Below, piece by piece: positions 57,662 to 64,000 of a stretch of DNA of 64,000 nt. Within the stretch, counting starts at the first letter, position 1; the number at the start of each line of letters is the position of its first letter. The notes under the pieces are model-generated. The model searched no databases, was not told the origin of the DNA, and worked only from the letters and a program-made list of their open reading frames with translations. This DNA comes from Spirochaetota bacterium (GTDB lineage Bacteria; Spirochaetota; UBA4802; UBA5550), in contig DAISJZ010000001.1 of NCBI GenBank assembly GCA_036821145.1, positions 87,636 to 151,635 on the forward strand, given 5' to 3'. The position numbers and the translations under genes are program-made.

Positions 57662-59191
57662 TCAGGATATTCTGGTCAAAGCAGGTCTTATATAATTGAG
57701 TATATCTGAAGCACTCATTGAATCAATATTATTGTTTTCTGAATAAACATCTGCACTAAGTCCATGAATAAAAACACCGGAAGCGGCAGCAGAAAGGTGA
57801 TCGCTAATCCTGTTGACCAGAGCACCAATTATTCCCGTCAGAACATCTCCTGAACCAGCTGTAGCAAGGGTCCTGTTCCCGCTTAAATTAATAAAGGAGC
57901 GCTCCCCATCCGAAACAATTGTAGCCGGGCCTTTAAGTATTGTAATGCAGCCTGAATCCTCAGCTATTTTTTTACAGCTTTTAAGTCTGTTTCTCTTAAT
58001 CTCCTCAATACTTAAGCCGGTAATACGTGAAGCTTCCATAAAATGCGGTGTAATGAGCCATGTTATTTCCTTTGAGAGCTTTTTCTCCTTTAAATAAGAT
58101 GCAAGATGAAACAAACCATCTCCGTCAATAAGCACCTTTGCAATACCGCAATCTGCGGCACATTGAACTGTTGAGTTAAAAACAGATTTTGAATATGCGT
58201 CACGTCCGAGCCCGGGGCCGATTATTAACGTTGTATACTTTTTTGATTTCAGCAGCTCTTCAAAGGATTTTTGACCAGGTTCGGCAGGTAAAGACGCTGT
58301 CATAAGTTCAGGTATATTACCTGCAATAATTTTTCTTGATTCATCATTTGCGGCCAGAGTAACGAGTCCCGTACCGGTTCGAAACATAGCTGCAGCAGTC
58401 AGCATCGCAGCACCTTCCATACCGGTTAATCCGCCGATTATCAGGGTATTTCCTTTATCCCCTTTATGAATATCATTGTTTTCGGGAGAAAAGACGATGG
58501 TGCTCATAAATTCAGAGTCAATGAGTTCCGTTTTTAAAGCAGTATTTTCAGTAACAATTGCCGGGAAACCGATATCTGTAATAATCAGTTCACCGCAATA
58601 ATCCTTACCGGGATAAGATACCAGAGATATTTTCGGGAGCCCCATTGTGATTGTATAATCCGCTTTCACCACCGGACCGGCCGGAGTTTCTCCATCCGAA
58701 GAAAGTCCGCTTGGTATATCCACAGATATAACACAGGCAGCAGATTCGTTTACCAGTCTTACAATTTGTAAAGGTATCCCTCGGAGAACACCCTCAAATC
58801 CCGTGCCTGTAAGTGAATCAATTACAAGTGCACCTTTATGAATAGATAACTCCCCGATGCTTTTTTCATTAAGGTAGTGAATTTGCAAACTGAGTTTTTC
58901 ACAAATATCAAGAAAGACCAGGGATGTGGGGGTAATCTTTTCTCTGTTCCCGGCAATGTAAATAGCGGGATCATAACCATAATTTTTCAGATACCAGGCA
59001 GCAGTGAACCCGTCACCTCCGTTGTTACCTGTGCCGCAGAATATATAGATTTCAGATGTTTTAATATTATTATGAACAAAGTCCGCAACAGCCTTCCCGG
59101 CATTATTCATCAGAACTGTGCCGGGTATAGAATATTCCTCGATGGATATCCTATCAATTTCTCTCATCTCTGCGGCTGTGACAGCTTTCAT
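57662..59191 (-). CDS. nnr: Bifunctional NAD(P)H-hydrate epimerase/dehydratase
   Basis: CGTGNNGGDG, DSLTGTG, VDIPSG, HKGDKG, GPGLG, DGDGL, TPHFME, LATAGSGDVL. Confidence 0.95.
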   Translation of the reverse strand: MKAVTAAEMREIDRISIEEYSIPGTVLMNNAGKAVADFVHNNIKTSEIYIFCGTGNNGGDGFTAAWYLKNYGYDPAIYIAGNREKITPTSLVFLDICEKLSLQIHYLNEKSIGELSIHKGALVIDSLTGTGFEGVLRGIPLQIVRLVNESAACVISVDIPSGLSSDGETPAGPVVKADYTITMGLPKISLVSYPGKDYCGELIITDIGFPAIVTENTALKTELIDSEFMSTIVFSPENNDIHKGDKGNTLIIGGLTGMEGAAMLTAAAMFRTGTGLVTLAANDESRKIIAGNIPELMTASLPAEPGQKSFEELLKSKKYTTLIIGPGLGRDAYSKSVFNSTVQCAADCGIAKVLIDGDGLFHLASYLKEKKLSKEITWLITPHFMEASRITGLSIEEIKRNRLKSCKKIAEDSGCITILKGPATIVSDGERSFINLSGNRTLATAGSGDVLTGIIGALVNRISDHLSAAASGVFIHGLSADVYSENNNIDSMSASDILNYIRPALTRIS

Positions 59192-59194
59192 AAA

Positions 59195-60259
59195 TTACTC
59201 CCACTTAAAAACCTGAAGAGTATCGTTATAAACATGATATGAATAGATGACACCGCTTTCATCAGTTATTATCTTGGTAAATATACTGCTGGTATCAAAT
59301 TCTACTTTTATATTGTTTATTATATTTCCATCCATGTTTACTAACATAAATTTTATATCTTTTCCTTCAACGTTCCAGAAATATATTATTTTATCATCAA
59401 CAATGTTAAATAGAACATTCTTCGGATCAGGAAATGTGCCTAATTCACGCAGGAGTTTGTCCTTCTCGAGAGAAAACAGATAAAGTTTTCTGTATTTAAA
59501 CCTCACATCATGATAATATGCAACTGAAAGGAGAATTTCATCCCCGCTTTTAAATATCCGTATATTTTCGATTTTACCGTTATACGTATTATTATCCTCA
59601 GTCTCCTTAAATTCAAGTTTAGAAAAATCTATATACTTTTCTCTTTTTCTTTTATTAAATCTGAAAACTTCCCAGGAGTTGAATGTACGGGAAATAACAA
59701 AAAGTCTCTCTTCTGAATCAACAAATAGTTTCTCAATATAAAAGAAAGGAAATTCCGGGGTTCCGGTTTTACCCATTGTATAGACAAGCTCACCATTGCC
59801 GTTAAATACAAGGATATATGATGGTGTGAAATTTCTCCCTTCGCTGTCAGACATCGCGCTTCTGGTTTCGAGTCTGTTCTGCACATAAAGATTTTCATCA
59901 TCATCACGTGTAAACGTTCCAATTGAACCGAAATTAAAACTGAAAGTTTTATACTTTGTCTTATCAATATTTGCCAATGATCCTATAATCAGTTCAGGAG
60001 TACCGTTGCTGTCAAGCACCTGAAGTCTTTTAAGGCTATTATCAGCAGCAATAATTTTATCGTCATAAACTTCCAGCCTGAATGAAAGTTCATTTAAAGT
60101 ATATTCATCCCTTATTATCTGAACCTGGCCAGGCTCCTCACCGCTTTTTATTTCAGCTGTTTTTTTTGAACTTAAAGAATTAACATACCATCTTGAACAT
60201 GATCCTGCAAATATTACAATGATTAGAAGAAATATTGCGGCTGATATTTTTTTTAACAT
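59195..60259 (-). CDS. Putative beta-propeller (NHL-like) lipoprotein
   Basis: FAGSC lipobox; repeated IIAAD...LQVLDSNG, ILVFNGNG, LFVDSEERLFV strands. Confidence 0.65.
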   Translation of the reverse strand: MLKKISAAIFLLIIVIFAGSCSRWYVNSLSSKKTAEIKSGEEPGQVQIIRDEYTLNELSFRLEVYDDKIIAADNSLKRLQVLDSNGTPELIIGSLANIDKTKYKTFSFNFGSIGTFTRDDDENLYVQNRLETRSAMSDSEGRNFTPSYILVFNGNGELVYTMGKTGTPEFPFFYIEKLFVDSEERLFVISRTFNSWEVFRFNKRKREKYIDFSKLEFKETEDNNTYNGKIENIRIFKSGDEILLSVAYYHDVRFKYRKLYLFSLEKDKLLRELGTFPDPKNVLFNIVDDKIIYFWNVEGKDIKFMLVNMDGNIINNIKVEFDTSSIFTKIITDESGVIYSYHVYNDTLQVFKWE

Positions 60260-60276
60260 AAGTACCCGCTTGAATT

Positions 60277-61089
60277 TTATTTATAGTAGTTAACTGCATT
60301 TTCAAAAATTCTAATTCCATCACTGAACTCAGGAATATCCTTTCCTTCACGCTTATACTTCTCTTTAAGATATGTCCAGTCATTTCTCTGTGTAAAAAAC
60401 ATCCCCCTCTCAGGGTGAGGCATCATACCCATTATCCGCCCATTAATACTGCAAATCGACGCTATATCATTCATTGCGCCATTAGGATTATACGGAAACT
60501 CCTGAGCTGCGGCACTGCCGTCCGGTTTTACATATTTCATAACAGCAAGGCCATCCGTTTCAATCTGTTCAAGCACACTCTCCGGAGCATAAAAATTACC
60601 TTCACCATGAGCAACCGGAATATGCATTTTCTCAATACCCCTTGTAAAAACCGATGGGGATTTTTTATTAATCGCGACATCAATCCATCTGCACTGATAT
60701 CTGAAAGATTTATTGTGTTCAAGCGAAACTTCAGCATTCCCGGTAAATCCGTTCAGGGCAGGGATAACTCCAAGATTAGTGAGCACCTGGAAACCGTTGC
60801 AGATACCAAGCATAAGAGTATCTCTCTCAATAAAATTTTTAATTTCTTCGAGGAGATTGTTTTTTATTCTGTTTGCAAGAGCTTTCCCGCTCCCTGTATC
60901 GTCTCCGTAGGAAAATCCTCCGGGGAAAACCAGTATCTGGTATTCATCCAGTAGCTTTCTGTTTTCTATAAGATCATTTATATGTATAATCCTTGTACCT
61001 GAACCGGAACTTTCAAAAGCGAAAGCTGTTTCCTCTTCGCAGTTAATCCCATAGCCGGTAAGAACCAGTGTTTGCGGCTTCGCCATCAC
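60277..61089 (-). CDS. purQ: Phosphoribosylformylglycinamidine synthase subunit PurQ
   Basis: PGGFSYGD, GICNGFQ (catalytic Cys), AHGEG, MMPHPER. Confidence 0.97.
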   Translation of the reverse strand: MMAKPQTLVLTGYGINCEEETAFAFESSGSGTRIIHINDLIENRKLLDEYQILVFPGGFSYGDDTGSGKALANRIKNNLLEEIKNFIERDTLMLGICNGFQVLTNLGVIPALNGFTGNAEVSLEHNKSFRYQCRWIDVAINKKSPSVFTRGIEKMHIPVAHGEGNFYAPESVLEQIETDGLAVMKYVKPDGSAAAQEFPYNPNGAMNDIASICSINGRIMGMMPHPERGMFFTQRNDWTYLKEKYKREGKDIPEFSDGIRIFENAVNYYK

Positions 61090-61095
61090 TTTACC

Positions 61096-64000
61096 TCAGT
61101 ATTTTTTTAACGTTTTTCTGTAGAAGTAATTCATATCAGTAAGATCTGTATTTATAATTCTCTTTGAATCTGTCCCTGATATAATAATTTTCTGATCATC
61201 TCTTACACGGCCGATCTTTGTCAGGGGGAGATCCCGGAAACATTCTTCAAAATCACTCTGCAATGCGGGGTTAACTGAAACTATAAATCTCCCCTGTGAT
61301 TCAGAGTAGAGTATTATATCATTTCTCAGAACTTCACGTTCTTTCATTTCTCCGAGATTCATTTCAAAACCGTACATACCAGCAAGGGCCGACTTCGCAG
61401 CAGCCATTCCCAGCCCTCCACGCTCAACACTGATACAGGATGCTACAAGCTCCTTCTCAATTGCTTTTTCCATTGCATAATACAGTCTTTTAAAAAGAAC
61501 TGCATCAACAACGGGAATATTTCTTCCTGTATATTTTGCCCCTCTTTCACGCTCCCCCATGAGGGCATTGTACTCGCTCCCGCCGGTTTCTTCTGCAGTC
61601 CGTCCGACAAGATAAATGATGTCACCGGGGAACTTGAAATCAATGGTCTGTGCTTTACTGATATCCTGCATTACACCAATTGATGATATGAGGAGTGTGG
61701 GTGGTATCGATATTTCCACTTCTTCAAAATTTTCGTCATATCCTCGGAAATCGTTAAACATGCTGTCCTTTCCTGAAATGAAAGGTGTACCATAAGCTAC
61801 TGCAAAATCGTAACACCCCTTCGCGGCATTTTTAAGCTGCCATAATCTTTTCGGATTGTTTGAATCGCACCAGCAGAAGTTATCAAGTATAGCAAGGTGG
61901 TCAATAGAAGCTCCAGCTGAGATTGCGTTACGGACAGCCGTATCAATTGAACACGCAGCCATCCAGTAAGTATCAATATCACTGTAAGATGGATAGAGTC
62001 CCTGTGACAGCACAACCCCTTTATCTGAATCGAGTAAGGGCCGTATAACAGATACGTTTGAATTAACCTTTCCTTTCCCCTGGAGAGGTTTTGTAACAGA
62101 ACTACCCTGTACTTCATGATCGTACTGTGTGGATATAAACTCAAAGCTGCAGAGATTCAGCCTGGAGAGCATTTTATGAAAAACTTCAGTGTGATCTTCC
62201 GGTTCCCTGAATGCTATAAAACTTTCACTTGAGTCGATTTTTTCAGTGACGAGCTGTTTTTTAGGGAGACCGTCGTGAAGAAAATCGAGTTCAAGATCAA
62301 AAATTGTCTTTCCATTATATGTAACGACACCTCTCCCGCTATCGTTGAATTTCCCGATTACAGCTGCTTCAACTCCGCGTTTTTTAAGGAGAGATATAAA
62401 TTCATCTATTTTAGATTCAGGCACAGAGAAAGTCATCCTCTCCTGGGATTCACTGACCCATATCTGCCAGGGTGAAAGACCGGGATACTTGAGAGGAACT
62501 TTTTCAAGTTCAACTACGAAACCGCCGCACTCCCTTGCCATCTCTGCCACGGAACAGGAGATCCCCCCTGCCCCATTATCTGTTATTGAATTATAAAGCC
62601 CCATGTCACGGGCTTCTTTTACTATTGCATCAGAGAGCTTTTTCTGTGTTATGGGATCACCAATCTGTACAGCAGTTGCAGGGCTCCCTGAAGTCAGGGC
62701 TTCAGAGGAAAATGTAGCTCCGTGTATACCGTCACGCCCCACTCTTCCGCCTGCAACGACTACAAGATCTCCCGGCATCGCTTTTTTTGATACAGAGGAT
62801 CGCCCGGCGGTTTTTTTCGGCATGAGCCCGATGGTACCGACAAAAACAAGAGGTTTCCCTTTATATCTGTCATCAAAATAGATAAATCCCTGCGGAGTAG
62901 GAATTCCCGATGTGTTGCCGCCGGCATTTACACCATGCACAACTCCCTCCATTATTCTTCGTGGAGAGAGGAGCCGGGATTCTTCAGATTTATTTTTATA
63001 CAGAGGAGATTCATCCTCCGGATTGGCAAAACAGAAACCGAACCTGTTCGCAACAGGCTTTGCCCCCATCCCGAATCCGATTGAGTCTCTGTTTACTCCC
63101 ACAATCCCTGTAATAGCTCCGCCAAACGGGTCAAGGGCACTGGGGCTGTTATGCGTTTCAACTTTATCTGAAATTATCCAGTTTTCATCAAAGGTAATTC
63201 CCCCTGAATTATCAGTGAAAACAGATTCGCAGAAATCACGCTCTCCTTTCTCTCTGCGGATTCTTACAGTGGCTTCCCTGATATAGGTTTTGTAAATTCC
63301 ACCGGGTGTGTCATCATCAATAGCAGCCGCAAAAATTGTATGCTTGCAGTGCTCACTCCAGGTCTGCGCAATGGACTCGAGTTCTATATCTGTTGGATTT
63401 CTCTTTTCTTTATTGATAAAATAATCTTTTATAACATTCATGGATGCCATATCCAGAGCAAGCGGGCCTCTCCTTGTTCCATCTTCATCAGCGATTCCCT
63501 CTTTCCCGATCTTCTGAAGCTCATCATCAGGAACACTCAGATTGACCAAATCCGCATCAGGATTTTCAGAAATGTTTACAACCGGTATTTCATAACCCAT
63601 ACCCTCATTTTTTCTGTATTCATCCGCGGAAAAAATTTTAATTCTCTGAATTAACGGATTGTAAAGCTCCTTCCCTATATTCTGTGCGTCATCTTCAGAA
63701 ATATTACCCTTTAAAAAAAAGGAGGTTGTATAAAAAACCGATTTCTCGCTGTCAAACTCACTCTTAAAAAGGTCTTCGAAAGATTCCCTCACTGTATGAG
63801 AGATATTATCAGTAACTCCCGGCAGAAACCCTATTTCAATGCAGTAATTGAAATCATAACCGGGAATAAAAGGGGTGTTAATCCTGAACTCCTGTGTAAC
63901 AGGCTGAGTTAAAAGCAACGCGGCAGAGTTGATATCGTTTTTATTAAAATCGATATTAACAAGGTAATTATCAGTAATACTCACCTGATCTATCGAAAAA
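61096..64000 (-). CDS. purL: Phosphoribosylformylglycinamidine synthase subunit PurL with N-terminal PurS-like region (5' end probably outside window)
   Basis: TWSEHCKH, KVETHNSP, DNGAGG, SESQERM, GKDSM; frame stays open from the track's GTG (63984) to the window edge. Confidence 0.95.
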   Translation of the reverse strand, partial: FSIDQVSITDNYLVNIDFNKNDINSAALLLTQPVTQEFRINTPFIPGYDFNYCIEIGFLPGVTDNISHTVRESFEDLFKSEFDSEKSVFYTTSFFLKGNISEDDAQNIGKELYNPLIQRIKIFSADEYRKNEGMGYEIPVVNISENPDADLVNLSVPDDELQKIGKEGIADEDGTRRGPLALDMASMNVIKDYFINKEKRNPTDIELESIAQTWSEHCKHTIFAAAIDDDTPGGIYKTYIREATVRIRREKGERDFCESVFTDNSGGITFDENWIISDKVETHNSPSALDPFGGAITGIVGVNRDSIGFGMGAKPVANRFGFCFANPEDESPLYKNKSEESRLLSPRRIMEGVVHGVNAGGNTSGIPTPQGFIYFDDRYKGKPLVFVGTIGLMPKKTAGRSSVSKKAMPGDLVVVAGGRVGRDGIHGATFSSEALTSGSPATAVQIGDPITQKKLSDAIVKEARDMGLYNSITDNGAGGISCSVAEMARECGGFVVELEKVPLKYPGLSPWQIWVSESQERMTFSVPESKIDEFISLLKKRGVEAAVIGKFNDSGRGVVTYNGKTIFDLELDFLHDGLPKKQLVTEKIDSSESFIAFREPEDHTEVFHKMLSRLNLCSFEFISTQYDHEVQGSSVTKPLQGKGKVNSNVSVIRPLLDSDKGVVLSQGLYPSYSDIDTYWMAACSIDTAVRNAISAGASIDHLAILDNFCWCDSNNPKRLWQLKNAAKGCYDFAVAYGTPFISGKDSMFNDFRGYDENFEEVEISIPPTLLISSIGVMQDISKAQTIDFKFPGDIIYLVGRTAEETGGSEYNALMGERERGAKYTGRNIPVVDAVLFKRLYYAMEKAIEKELVASCISVERGGLGMAAAKSALAGMYGFEMNLGEMKEREVLRNDIILYSESQGRFIVSVNPALQSDFEECFRDLPLTKIGRVRDDQKIIISGTDSKRIINTDLTDMNYFYRKTLKKY

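Noticed and set aside
60415-60954. 179-aa plus-strand ORF
   Set aside because: Antisense shadow of purQ; the other short overlapping ORFs in the track were rejected for the same reason.
1-64000. CRISPR arrays, IS transposases, rRNA, prophage or defence systems
   Set aside because: No regularly spaced direct repeats, transposase, rRNA or phage-structural motifs were seen on either strand.

Overview
AT-rich bacterial chromosomal window made up mostly of core genes. There is no prophage, transposase, CRISPR array or rRNA. Inferred lineage is Spirochaetota, probably Leptospirae-related, based on spirochete-type lipoboxes, a non-canonical ArgRS HIGH motif (NVVS), the gspC-N layout and a CHASE2 cyclase; this was not verified by database search. 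Contents in order: truncated ThiF/MoeB gene, STAS protein, LysE exporter, crotonase, tRNA-Thr/tRNA-Tyr pair, TolC-MacA-ABC ATPase operon with no permease, xerD-SpoIID-queA-Nif3-Zn ribbon-RNase H-like-recJ operon, STAS-ispF, GcvH-like and TPR genes, argS-cinA, CHASE2 adenylate cyclase, AsmA-like gene, a full type II secretion operon gspC-N running into an IspH-UbiA fusion, lipid kinase, folC, GpsA-acyltransferase fusion, dnaG-rpoD, envelope lipoproteins, RlmD, LysM/M23, Nnr, purQ and truncated purL. The most interesting signals are unusual domain architectures and apparent catalytic-residue losses: IspH-UbiA at the end of the T2SS operon, RecJ with a vestigial DnaQ-like insert next to an RNase H lacking its first Asp, a lipoyl-less H protein, GpsA fused to a His-less PlsB-like domain, and an MshEN-like domain on GspE. 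All calls come from motif reading by eye. I found no clearly novel multi-gene system, only these candidate architectures.
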